Below, in pieces: positions 46,527-55,155 of a DNA stretch of 64,000 nucleotides (positions within the stretch are counted from its first letter, which is position 1; every line of letters begins with the position of its first letter). A program made the position numbers and the translations under genes. The DNA is from a virus. Its lineage: Duplodnaviria; Caudoviricetes. The stretch lies in the IMG/VR virus record IMGVR_UViG_3300046794_000491, positions 1,976-65,975 of that record; one strand, 5' to 3'. The notes beneath the pieces were generated by a model. The model saw nothing but the letters and a program-made list of their open reading frames with translations, was not told where the DNA came from and made no database searches.

Positions 46527-46739
46527 CTACATGGTCTCGGTGAGGATGTGCAGCAGGAACCAGATGGAGAATCCGCTCCAGCCGACCGTGAATGCGGCTC
46601 TGCCGAGTTTCGAGGTGCGGGTACGGAACAGTCTTCGTACGTTCTCGCTCAAGGTGTCGTCGTCTTTCCGATTGATCAGCGCCCACGTTTCGTACAGGGC
46701 GAATGCGGCAGTCCACGCGGACCAGATCATCCAGCTCAC
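46527..46739 (-). CDS. Small two-TM membrane protein (70 aa)
   Basis: GTGA overlap with the nuclease stop; two Trp-rich hydrophobic segments around DTLSE. Confidence 0.65.
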   Translation of the reverse strand: MSWMIWSAWTAAFALYETWALINRKDDDTLSENVRRLFRTRTSKLGRAAFTVGWSGFSIWFLLHILTETM

Positions 46740-47110
46740 GGCGTTGTCTCCTTGGTCTCCTCGGGGGGTGCAGGCAGGGGGCGGGCGCCGTGCCCGTCGT
46801 AGGGGGCAGCAATGCCCGCGTCGATCAGGTCCGTGTTCAGGCACGCGCCGTCGGCGGCCGAGACCGTGGCGAGCCATCGGCCGTACTTCTCCCGGGCGTG
46901 GGTCTCCACCACCAGCTCGGGGCCGTGCTCGGTGAGCCATTCGGCCACCCACGCCTTCGCGGCCTTGCCCTCCGGGGCGTTCTTCTCGGGGGCGTTCAGG
47001 CCGTTGAGGCGGAGCCGCTGCCGGGTGCGGATCGTGAAGCCGAGGTCGAGGTCAACGTCGAGGGTGTCGCCATCGACCACGCGAAGGACTGTGGCGGGGT
47101 AGGTGTTCAC
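46736..47110 (-). CDS. Thermonuclease (SNase-like)
   Basis: RVVDGDT, RLRLNGLNAPE, EKYGRWLA, LNTDLIDAG. Confidence 0.92.
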   Translation of the reverse strand: MNTYPATVLRVVDGDTLDVDLDLGFTIRTRQRLRLNGLNAPEKNAPEGKAAKAWVAEWLTEHGPELVVETHAREKYGRWLATVSAADGACLNTDLIDAGIAAPYDGHGARPLPAPPEETKETTP

Positions 47111-49575
47111 GGCAGGTCACGCCCTTCGGTGCGGTACCGCAGGCGGCAACGGCAGTTGATGGTCAGGTGGAGCGGGGCGAGCTGATCGCCGGGGAACCGC
47201 ATCGGGTAGCCGTCCACGTCGAACGGCCTGGTGACCGGCAGGGTGGTGCCGTCCACGGCCTCATGTGCGGGCCGTACGCGGTCGTCTCCGCGGGTGACCC
47301 AGGTGCGGACGATGCCGGGGCCGATCGCCGCGGCGGTGGCCTCCGCGGTGCCGTTGACGGTGGCGACGGCCGCGGTCTCGGCGGCGCTCGCTATGGCCTT
47401 GGCTGCCATGTCGCCGAACGCGGTCCGCGCGAGCGCCACCAGGTCGTCAATGTCGTCGGCCGCCAATTGCCCCTGCACCAGGAGCGTGGTGACGCTGTCG
47501 AGGAAGCCGCGGGCGATGCTCTCGGCGGCTGCCACGGCGTCGAGGACAGCGGCGGTGATGCGCGGCGAGGCCTCCGGCGGCGGCTTGGGGGCGCCGAACG
47601 CGTCGGCGGTGCGCTGGGAGACGGTGGCGGCGATGCGGGCCAGGACCCGGGCGAGCGCGCCGGTGATCTCCTCCATCCACCGGTCCGTGCCGACGATGCG
47701 CGCCACGTCGAGCGTGGTGTCTCCGCCGCGGATGTCCGATGGGTCCTGCGCACGCCAGAACTTGGTGCCCTTGCGTGTCTTGGGGGAACGCAGCCGGGCG
47801 GCGATCACGCCGTCCTGCCGGGCGAACAGGGCCTCAAGGGCGAGGGCTATCGCCTCTTGCGCGCGGTCGAAATCGTCGTCGGTGACCTCGAACGAGGGGC
47901 CGTCATCATCCGTGCCGGACAGTGCCTTGGTTTGCAGGCCTCGGGCGTCCTCCACGGCGGCTGCGGCCTCGCCCGGGGCGGGCGGCAGCTCGTTGGCGGT
48001 GCGGGCATCGGCGACCGCGGCCGCGGCTTCCCCGGCGCCGGCGGGCTGCTCGATGCCGGTGCGGGCCTGCGAAACCGCGGCGGCCGCCGGGCCGTTCGTG
48101 TCCGGCAGTGCGCCGGGGCCGGCGGGCTGTCCGCCTTCGGCGCGGGCCTGCGCGACGACGTCGGCCGCCGATCCGTCCGCCTGCTGCTGTGTGGGGTCGA
48201 GCGGCGCGTTCGGTCCGCCCATGCCCGGGATGGCGCCTGCGCCGCCTTGTGTGGGGTCGCCGTTGCCTTGGATGCCGAGCGCCGCGGCGTCCTCCGGGCG
48301 CAGCGGCACGGGCGCCTTCTGCGGGCTGATCCACAGGGCGCGGGAGTGCGGGTTGTTGTAGGCGGGCATGCCCGCGCGGCGCCGGTACTCGTCAATGGAG
48401 ATCAACCCGGCGTCGAACTCGGATCGGGCTTCCTCGCGGCGCTTGCGGCGCGGCAGCTCCAGCGCCTGAACCGTCGAGGTGTTGTAGCGGATCTTCAGAT
48501 CCAGGTCGCCGACGTCCCCGGCGAACGCGTCGCTGATCAGCGCAAGGTGGCCGAGCTCCGTGTGAATCCAGAACCCGTACTCTTCCTGCTCGGCGTTGTC
48601 GAAGGTGCGGCCGGAGGCGTTACCGGTGACGGACTCGGGGACACCGAACGCGCCGAGGATCTCGATCTTCGCGTTCTGCGAGGCATGCTCGTAGGCCATC
48701 TCGCGCGGCTTGGTCGCAAGGTCCACGTAGTTCATGCCGCCAGGGCCTGCGCCGACGACGGAGACGTGCCCGGCGTACTGGGAGCCGGGCAGGAACCGGG
48801 CCTCCAGTCGGTCCATGTCCGAATCGGTGAGCGAGCCCGTGTCCACGGCCACGATGCCGCCGGGCCGTGCGTCGTTGCGGATGAACGCCACGTTGTACAG
48901 GCGGGACAGGTGGTCGAGTTCGATGCTGATCCCGGCGGCTTCCAGCGGCGTGACACCGGAGAACGGATCGGTCGGGTGAGGCTTCCTGATCCAGCGCACC
49001 CGCTCCGGATCGAGCTCACGGACGTGCCCGTACAGGGTCGTGAACTCGAAGTGCTTGATGTACTCGCCCTTTTCGTCGGGCACGGGGATGACCCGGTCCG
49101 GCGGCAGCAGGTCGAGACGTGTGATGGTGCCGCGGTTGCTGCGGGTCACCTCAACGAACGCGCCCCGCTTGGATAGCAGGATCTGCGCGGACAGCCGCTT
49201 ACGGAGCTGCGCCCCCGACTCCATCGGGTTCGCGTGCGGCCCGTTCAGGACCCGCAGAAGCGGATGGTCCTCAATGACTTCCTCGAACTCGCCGTCTTCG
49301 GTCAGGCCGCGCCCGATCTCCAGCGGAAGACGGGCGGCGTGCTCGCCCATCGTGTCGATGGCCTTGTAGACCCAGATGACGCGTTCGTATCCCTCGGTGA
49401 CCACCCGGCCGAGGTCCCAGCCGTCGGCGCGGCCCTCGGTGCCCCACACGTTGGTCGTACCGGCGTAGGTGGTGGAGGTGTAGCCACCCGTCCACGTGAT
49501 CGTTTTCGACTCGTCCGGCTGCGGTCCTGGGGTGACCAGTGAGCGCAGCGCGGGAAGCCAGCGGCGTCGGGCCAT
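47107..49575 (-). CDS. Portal protein with C-terminal MuF/minor-head domain
   Basis: HK97-type portal motifs (HPLLRVLN..NP, LLPPDRV, GVTPLEA, AFGVP); C-terminal WVTRGDDRVRPAH...INCRC; start ATG 49575. Confidence 0.9.
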   Translation of the reverse strand: MARRRWLPALRSLVTPGPQPDESKTITWTGGYTSTTYAGTTNVWGTEGRADGWDLGRVVTEGYERVIWVYKAIDTMGEHAARLPLEIGRGLTEDGEFEEVIEDHPLLRVLNGPHANPMESGAQLRKRLSAQILLSKRGAFVEVTRSNRGTITRLDLLPPDRVIPVPDEKGEYIKHFEFTTLYGHVRELDPERVRWIRKPHPTDPFSGVTPLEAAGISIELDHLSRLYNVAFIRNDARPGGIVAVDTGSLTDSDMDRLEARFLPGSQYAGHVSVVGAGPGGMNYVDLATKPREMAYEHASQNAKIEILGAFGVPESVTGNASGRTFDNAEQEEYGFWIHTELGHLALISDAFAGDVGDLDLKIRYNTSTVQALELPRRKRREEARSEFDAGLISIDEYRRRAGMPAYNNPHSRALWISPQKAPVPLRPEDAAALGIQGNGDPTQGGAGAIPGMGGPNAPLDPTQQQADGSAADVVAQARAEGGQPAGPGALPDTNGPAAAAVSQARTGIEQPAGAGEAAAAVADARTANELPPAPGEAAAAVEDARGLQTKALSGTDDDGPSFEVTDDDFDRAQEAIALALEALFARQDGVIAARLRSPKTRKGTKFWRAQDPSDIRGGDTTLDVARIVGTDRWMEEITGALARVLARIAATVSQRTADAFGAPKPPPEASPRITAAVLDAVAAAESIARGFLDSVTTLLVQGQLAADDIDDLVALARTAFGDMAAKAIASAAETAAVATVNGTAEATAAAIGPGIVRTWVTRGDDRVRPAHEAVDGTTLPVTRPFDVDGYPMRFPGDQLAPLHLTINCRCRLRYRTEGRDLP

Positions 49576-49576
49576 G

Positions 49577-49939
49577 TCACTCCTCCCCGCCGCACACCCA
49601 CACCGCGACGGCAAGCAGGGCGGCGAACAGCAGGGACCACGGGTTCACGGAGTACGCCACCGCGGTGATCAGCATCAGGCCGGCGGAGAGAGCGCCGTAG
49701 CCGCCTACCAGCCGGATCAGGCGTGGCACGGGCGGTGTGGTCTGAAGGACTGCGCCGCCTGCCGTGGCGGTGAGGAGCCCGATCAGGAGCAGGGCCACGG
49801 CCGGTGATCCCATGGACAGGGCTCCCAGCAGGCCGACCGTTCCGGCGCCGACCAGGAAGAGGCCGATCAGGTCGCGGGCGAGGCGTCGCCGCGGTGCCCG
49901 ATGGCTGGGGAGCGGTGGGGGCTGCGTTGGAGGATTCAC
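49577..49939 (-). CDS. Membrane protein (about 4 TM)
   Basis: 120 aa hydrophobic, leaderless GTG, directly upstream of portal. Confidence 0.7.
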   Translation of the reverse strand: MNPPTQPPPLPSHRAPRRRLARDLIGLFLVGAGTVGLLGALSMGSPAVALLLIGLLTATAGGAVLQTTPPVPRLIRLVGGYGALSAGLMLITAVAYSVNPWSLLFAALLAVAVWVCGGEE

Positions 49940-49946
49940 GCGGCGG

Positions 49947-49976
49947 ACCGTAGGAAGGCCGCCGCGCTTGCGTCGC
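49947..49976 (-). promoter_or_regulatory. Putative late promoter GCGACG-N18-TACGGT, leaderless
   Basis: 7 nt (CCGCCGC) before GTG 49939. Confidence 0.65.
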
Positions 49977-49979
49977 GGG

Positions 49980-50141
49980 CTAGTCGCCCACGTCGATCAC
50001 CGCGTACGCGATGCCGAGCCAGGCCAGGACGGCGACGATGACGGCGACGGCTGCGGCGGCGCGGCCGTCCCCGCCTGTGTCGCGGTAGGTGAGGCCGCCG
50101 GAGATCGCGCCGCAGGCGAGACCAGCAAGGAAGACGCGCAT
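49980..50141 (-). CDS. Small two-TM membrane protein (53 aa)
   Basis: Not in the ORF track; MRVFLAGLACGAISGGLTY...VAVIVAVLAWLGIAYAVIDVGD. Confidence 0.55.
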   Translation of the reverse strand: MRVFLAGLACGAISGGLTYRDTGGDGRAAAAVAVIVAVLAWLGIAYAVIDVGD

Positions 50142-50153
50142 GTGGGGGGGTTC

Positions 50154-50603
50154 CTATCGGGCAGGGCGGGAGACGCCGGAGACGTAGGCGCTGATGCCGC
50201 GCCGCTGGATCTTGCCGCCCGGGATCAGCTTGGCGTTCTTCGGGCGCTCGGGAACCTTCCGCTTGGCGCGCACCGCCTGATCGCCGCCGATGAGGTGCCG
50301 GTTGTCCATGAGGGCCTCGCAGTCCCCGCCGACGACGTCCTCATAGGGGCGACGGCAGGCCCGGCAGTACACCTCCAGCGCATCGACGCGGGTGGCGGTG
50401 GGGGTCGTAAACGAGCCGCGGAAGTCGGCTTGCTTCGCCACCCGGGCCTCAACCTTGATCTCCGCGGCGACGATCCACACGTGCGCGCGGGTGTCGGTCT
50501 GGACCGGCGGGGCGGCGGCCGGCGGGGGCGCGTCCAGTGGCTCATCGAAGATGTTGGCGAAGAGCCCGAGCTCTAGTTGGTCGCGTACTACCGCGGTCGT
50601 CAC
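50154..50603 (-). CDS. Hypothetical protein with CxxC motif
   Basis: 149 aa, GGAGG RBS, YCRACRR. Confidence 0.65.
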   Translation of the reverse strand: MTTAVVRDQLELGLFANIFDEPLDAPPPAAAPPVQTDTRAHVWIVAAEIKVEARVAKQADFRGSFTTPTATRVDALEVYCRACRRPYEDVVGGDCEALMDNRHLIGGDQAVRAKRKVPERPKNAKLIPGGKIQRRGISAYVSGVSRPAR

Positions 50604-50718
50604 GTGTGCGTCCTCCGGTACCTCAGTGGCCCCCCTGCGTCAACGTCTCAACGTCATATGGACGGAGTGAGCGCGCTGGGCGTTACACCTCGTCACTGCG
50701 GGGCGGGGATGAACGCAG

Positions 50719-50746
50719 AAACCCCCGCCCGGGGGGCAGGGGGTTT
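50719..50746 (-). terminator. Probable intrinsic terminator after the rSAM-peptide-GNAT unit
   Basis: AAACCCCC..GCCC / GGGCGGGGGTTT hairpin with a short T tail on the - strand. Confidence 0.5.
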
Positions 50747-50771
50747 GAGGAGGAGGGAGGCAGGCGGCGGG

Positions 50772-51638
50772 TCAGAGCTTGGCCACGCTGACGAACCCCA
50801 GTGAGCGAAGGCCTTCGGCCTGGCACAGCCGGTCCGAGGCGCCCCCGATCTCGGTCTGCAAGAGCTGGTAGTCAGCGCCGTGCGTGGCTCCCCATGCCAT
50901 AGCGGCGCGCCACAGGGCGCGGCCGTGGCCGTGGCCGCGGTGCTCGGGCAGAACGCCGAAGTACTGCGGCAGGAGCCGGGTTGCCCCGGCCGAGTCGGGC
51001 ATGGTCTCCATGGGGCCGATCGCCCCTACGACGCGAGCTCCGTCGGTGGCAGCCAGGACAGGGCCGACGGAGCCGGTCTGCATCTGGCTGTGGAGGAATG
51101 CGAACCCGTCGCTGGTCAGCCGGTCGGCGAACGCGGCGAACGTCTCCCGTGTCGGCTGTGGCAGGACGTCCACCGCGCGGATGGGGCCGGGCTGGTCCTC
51201 GATCCTGGGGTGGGTGAATGGCTTCAACTGGACTCGGGTGACCGTGGTCCCGGCCGGTGGCGTCTCGTCGGGGCCGTGGAAGGTGACCACCCGGGCGGTG
51301 GAGACGCGATGGCCGGCGGTGAGCTTGGCGGCCAGGCTTGCGGCTTCTTCAGCGGCGGGCCCGTAGGTGTAGACCGTGAGGGTGCCGCTGCCGCGGGTGC
51401 GCAGCGTGGGGATCAGAGTCCGGGCGGTGGTGTGCTCGATGTGCTCGGGCAACACCGTTTCATCCTTCGTCTCGGTCCAGCGCTGATCCTTGTCGTAGGG
51501 CAGGAACGTGCCGGTTCCGGCGACGCGCTGCACGTCATCGAACAGGGCCGGGGCCAGGGCGTCGGGGTGGACGGGGCCGATCGTCGGCACGTACGGCACC
51601 TGGATCACGGGGTGCAACCAGTCCCACAGCAAACGCAT
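50772..51638 (-). CDS. GNAT-family acetyltransferase
   Basis: FGVLPEHRGHGHGRALW acetyl-CoA motif A in the C-terminal domain. Confidence 0.85.
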   Translation of the reverse strand: MRLLWDWLHPVIQVPYVPTIGPVHPDALAPALFDDVQRVAGTGTFLPYDKDQRWTETKDETVLPEHIEHTTARTLIPTLRTRGSGTLTVYTYGPAAEEAASLAAKLTAGHRVSTARVVTFHGPDETPPAGTTVTRVQLKPFTHPRIEDQPGPIRAVDVLPQPTRETFAAFADRLTSDGFAFLHSQMQTGSVGPVLAATDGARVVGAIGPMETMPDSAGATRLLPQYFGVLPEHRGHGHGRALWRAAMAWGATHGADYQLLQTEIGGASDRLCQAEGLRSLGFVSVAKL

Positions 51639-51727
51639 GGGGCCAACGCTACTCGTCTGCCACGCACGGCTCGGGCCCCGGCGCGGAATACGTCGGGGCC
51701 CGAGTGATTGTTACCGGTTGCGACCGG

Positions 51728-51931
51728 TTAGTGCGGGTTGTCGTCGCCCGCGTTGCAGCTGCACTTCGCGCTGTCCATGAGCGCGTCCATGTTGGTGATG
51801 CCGGTGATCTGGGTGACCGGCTGGACGGGGACGGGGGCCGGTCGTGTGAAGTACGGCAGGCCTTCGCCCTGGGTGGGCCCGTCGTCCGGGAGCGGGCGCC
51901 TGGGGGAGATCTCGACTGCTACAGCGGTCAT
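51728..51931 (-). CDS. Putative RiPP precursor peptide (67 aa, ends ...MDSAKCSCNAGDDNPH)
   Basis: ATG 3 nt after the rSAM stop; Pro-rich leader-like part plus a Cys/Asp-rich C-terminal core. Confidence 0.65.
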   Translation of the reverse strand: MTAVAVEISPRRPLPDDGPTQGEGLPYFTRPAPVPVQPVTQITGITNMDALMDSAKCSCNAGDDNPH

Positions 51932-51933
51932 GT

Positions 51934-53049
51934 TCACCCTGCTTTCTTCTGTCCGTGCTGGCAGTAGCTCGCCAGCGGGGCTTTCGCCTCCTGGTAGTGC
52001 TTGGCCAGGGGCCTGCATACGGTGCAGGAACCGGAGAGCGTGCAGCCTGAGCAGCCTCCGGTGCGAAGCATCAGGCGGTCCGCGATCGCGCCCAGTCGGG
52101 CGAGGCCCTCGATTCCCTCTTGGGGGAGGCTGATCTGGTCGTCGCGGCCGATTTTGCAGATGGACACCAGGCCGTGCGGGTCCATGTGGAAGAAGGTGTG
52201 TCCGGCGTTGCAGCCCGTGAACTGCTTCCGCATCCGCAGGTGTTCCTTGGACTGCGCGGTGAGGACTTCCCCGCCCCCGTAGATGGTGGGGGTCATGTTC
52301 GTGTAGACCTCGCGCTCCACACCCCACCGGTCGCAGAGGTCGATCATCGCCTGTTCTTCGTGGGCGTTGTCCTCGGTGACGATGACGCTCATGCGCAGCG
52401 GCAGCCGGGCCCGCCGGGCGGCGTTCATGCCCTGGACGAACAGGTCCCAGGCGCCTGCGCGCTGCGTCAGCTCGTCATAACTGGCCTTCGTCGCGCCGTA
52501 CATGGAGACCGTGACGCGGTACGGCGGGCACTCCTCGAAGAGGCGCAGCAGGTTCTCGCGCCACAGCAGTGAGCCGTTGGTGGAGACCGTGAGCATCATG
52601 CCGAGCTCGAACGCGTGCCGGTACGAGCGCATGAAGTCCTTGTCGACGACTGGCTCACCGCCCGTGATCTGAAGCCACAGCACCCCGGCCCCGGCCATGG
52701 TTTCCAGGCAGCGCAGCTTGTCCGCCAGCGGCATGCCGCTGTTCACCTTGAGCCCGAGATAGCAGTGTTTGCAGGCGTAGTTACAGCCGAGGTTGACCTC
52801 CCAGCTCGCTTTCGAGTAGCCCCAGGGGGACGGCTGCCGGACGAGCAGGAAGTCACCCGCCGGCCGCCCGGCCGTGTCCATGCCCCACTGGTCGCGGACG
52901 GCGTGGGCCAGCCACGCGGGTGCGGGCTGGGCAGGGTCGTGGGCCCGCAGCTCCTCATAGTTCGCTTCGGGCAGGAGAAGGCCGTCTTTGTGGCCGGGCC
53001 GCAGGAGCAAGTGCTGTTCTAGGAACGGGCTCGCGATCAGGGTGTACAC
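51934..53049 (-). CDS. Radical SAM enzyme with C-terminal SPASM/twitch-like Cys cluster
   Basis: CNYACKHC, TGGEP, STNG; C-terminal CNAG...C...CSGCTLSGSCTVC...C. Confidence 0.92.
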   Translation of the reverse strand: MYTLIASPFLEQHLLLRPGHKDGLLLPEANYEELRAHDPAQPAPAWLAHAVRDQWGMDTAGRPAGDFLLVRQPSPWGYSKASWEVNLGCNYACKHCYLGLKVNSGMPLADKLRCLETMAGAGVLWLQITGGEPVVDKDFMRSYRHAFELGMMLTVSTNGSLLWRENLLRLFEECPPYRVTVSMYGATKASYDELTQRAGAWDLFVQGMNAARRARLPLRMSVIVTEDNAHEEQAMIDLCDRWGVEREVYTNMTPTIYGGGEVLTAQSKEHLRMRKQFTGCNAGHTFFHMDPHGLVSICKIGRDDQISLPQEGIEGLARLGAIADRLMLRTGGCSGCTLSGSCTVCRPLAKHYQEAKAPLASYCQHGQKKAG

Positions 53050-53672
53050 GAGGCCTCCAGGGGGCTTGAGCTGTCACGGAGTTCGGGCATGTCGACCAGC
53101 GTCACGTCCACCAGGGACGCGGCGAGCTGGGAGCCGACCATCCACCGGGCGCGCGCGGAGCTGAAGAGAGCCACGTCCCGCGCGCCGGGAATCGGGGGAG
53201 GGCCGGGCAGGTACATCTGGCCATAGACGCCGTCGAGAATGACCCGGCCTGCGCGTACCGCCACGACGTTGTCGCGCAGGTGCGGGCACAGGCGAGCCGC
53301 TACGGCCGCGCACGGGGCGCATACCGGCGGGTGCGTCGTCACCTCGTCCTCGGGCCAGCCTCGCTCACCGTCGGCCCGGTGGTCTTCCAGCAGCCACAGC
53401 CAGCCGAGTTCGTTGCGGTCCGCGGGGCCGCCGCACACCTGGCACAGGAGCCGCCGCATCGCGCGTCGCTGCCGGGGCCCATGGACCTTGCCGTACTCGG
53501 GGCGGCCCGCCCCCTGCTTCAGCGCCCACGGCTGCCAGGACACCCCCGTCGTGTCGCGTGGCTGCCCCGCCAGGATGATGCCGTCTCCGGCCTGGAGGAC
53601 GCGGGGCATCGGCTTGTGCTCGCCGCTCCAGGCGGTGATGTACGGCACGGAGGTTCGCGCGTGGGTCTTCAT
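53037..53672 (-). CDS. Cys-rich hypothetical protein of Streptomyces mobile elements
   Basis: VPYITAWSGE, RQRRAMRRLLCQVCG, HPPVCAPC...CPHL. Confidence 0.75.
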   Translation of the reverse strand: MKTHARTSVPYITAWSGEHKPMPRVLQAGDGIILAGQPRDTTGVSWQPWALKQGAGRPEYGKVHGPRQRRAMRRLLCQVCGGPADRNELGWLWLLEDHRADGERGWPEDEVTTHPPVCAPCAAVAARLCPHLRDNVVAVRAGRVILDGVYGQMYLPGPPPIPGARDVALFSSARARWMVGSQLAASLVDVTLVDMPELRDSSSPLEASCTP

Positions 53673-53745
53673 CTCTCATCTCACTCGTGGCAGGGCGTGA
53701 CGGGTAGTGGGACCGGCCCCGGGCAGCAGACACCGCACGCAGAGA

Positions 53746-54339
53746 TCAGGAGATCGTGCTCAGCACTGATCCGAGGAGTGTTTCGTGAGGCGCGGGGCCG
53801 GGCTGGTAGTGGTCGAGCAGGTTCCGCAGGGCCTTCGGCGGAACGAGCCGGTCACCGCGGCAGGGGCGCAGCCAGTAGGGGCCCGGCGGCTCTGCCGCCG
53901 TCATCACGGGTAGGGCGACGTGGTGCGGGCGGCCGAGGCACGATGCGTACCGGTGCGGCTCCCACTGCTCGCTGGTGCCGGGCGGTACGAACCAGATGAG
54001 CCACGACCGTTGAGGGTCTTCGATCACTGGTCCGCACGCGTCGGGCTGTTCGTTGCCGTTGCCCTGGATGCCGTCCATGGCCTTTATGGCGGCGTACGCC
54101 TGCGGGCCGCTCGCCGTGACGACGACGTCGAAGAAGCGGCCGCCTAACGGCAGTTGCAGCACCCGCTGGTGCTGTAGCGCCATCAGGCTGCGTACGCGGG
54201 CGGCCAGGTCGCCCATGTCCGGGGCTACGGATCGGGGGACCATGGGCGCGGTGCTCGTCGGGAAGCGGACAGGGGCCGCGTCCGGCAGTTCCCGGATCGG
54301 GTCGAGCTCCCTGCGGGGCAGCTGCTGGGCGAGACTCAC
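53746..54339 (-). CDS. Hypothetical protein (degenerate bifunctional prim-pol-like); contains TTA
   Basis: GTGA-coupled to the HATPase; GRFFDVV, GPVIED..WFVPPGT pattern. Confidence 0.6.
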   Translation of the reverse strand: MSLAQQLPRRELDPIRELPDAAPVRFPTSTAPMVPRSVAPDMGDLAARVRSLMALQHQRVLQLPLGGRFFDVVVTASGPQAYAAIKAMDGIQGNGNEQPDACGPVIEDPQRSWLIWFVPPGTSEQWEPHRYASCLGRPHHVALPVMTAAEPPGPYWLRPCRGDRLVPPKALRNLLDHYQPGPAPHETLLGSVLSTIS

Positions 54340-54920
54340 TCCGCCTTCTCCCCCCAGCTCGGGGGAACGAGCGCTTTGACGGTCTTGCCCACGACCATTC
54401 CGTCGCCGTCTCGCTTCTCGTCCCATGACAGTTCGGCCCGGTAGTGCTTCACCCACCACAGCCCGCGGCCGTTGGGGTGGTCGGCGGAGGTCACCGCAGC
54501 GAAGTTGGGGAAGTCGGGGTTGTCGTCGTCCACCTCGATGAGGAGTTCTTCCGTGTTCGGGAGCACCGTCAGCCGCAGGCCCACGCAGCCGTCGCTGAAC
54601 GGGTTGCCGTGATTGGCGGCGTTGTCCACGAGCTTGTCGGTGATCCGCGCCGCCACGTCGACGTTCCCGGGCCAGCGGGCGACAGTGAGTCGAGGGCGCA
54701 CCCGCAACCGGGCGTTGGGGCCGGCCGCCGCGTTCGCCAGCAGCTTGGTTTCCCACCTGTACCGAGGCATCTCCTGCTCCTCCAGCGGCAGGAGGAGCAC
54801 CGTGGAACTCACCGGGTGTGTCTCGGCTGCGAGTTCGGCGGCCTCGCCGGGCGGAGCATCGGTCCTGGGCGCTTCCGCGTCGCGTAAGGGGGAAGCTGTG
54901 TGCTGCGTTGGCGGGTTCAC
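54336..54920 (-). CDS. HATPase_c-like ATP-binding protein (anti-sigma/kinase-like); contains TTA
   Basis: KLVDNAANHG, IEVDDD, GRGLWWV, GKTV. Confidence 0.8.
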   Translation of the reverse strand: MNPPTQHTASPLRDAEAPRTDAPPGEAAELAAETHPVSSTVLLLPLEEQEMPRYRWETKLLANAAAGPNARLRVRPRLTVARWPGNVDVAARITDKLVDNAANHGNPFSDGCVGLRLTVLPNTEELLIEVDDDNPDFPNFAAVTSADHPNGRGLWWVKHYRAELSWDEKRDGDGMVVGKTVKALVPPSWGEKAE

Positions 54921-55155
54921 GGGGGACTCCCAGATTCACGATTGTGCACGGTCGGACACTCTCAGCGAGCGCTGTCACGAGCGTTGCAATCGTGTGTGGA
55001 CGGATCTACCCCCATACCGCCCCCGGCCTTTGGAGAGAAGTTGACGGTTCTCCTCGGACTTTCCTCGGACTTACCTCGGACCCGGTAAGTAACGTCTGTA
55101 GAGGGCACCTTGATTGGGACAGCGTTCTACCGTCGGATCAGTGACGTGCCGTCTG

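Noticed and set aside
50667-50696. Possible 13th late-promoter copy (also one near 17176-17205)
   Set aside because: GAC box is present but there is no YAnnnT hexamer at the 17-18 nt spacing
51932-52327. N-terminal extension of the 199-aa ORF 51728..52327
   Set aside because: Overlaps the rSAM gene off-frame; only the last 67 codons look like a real gene
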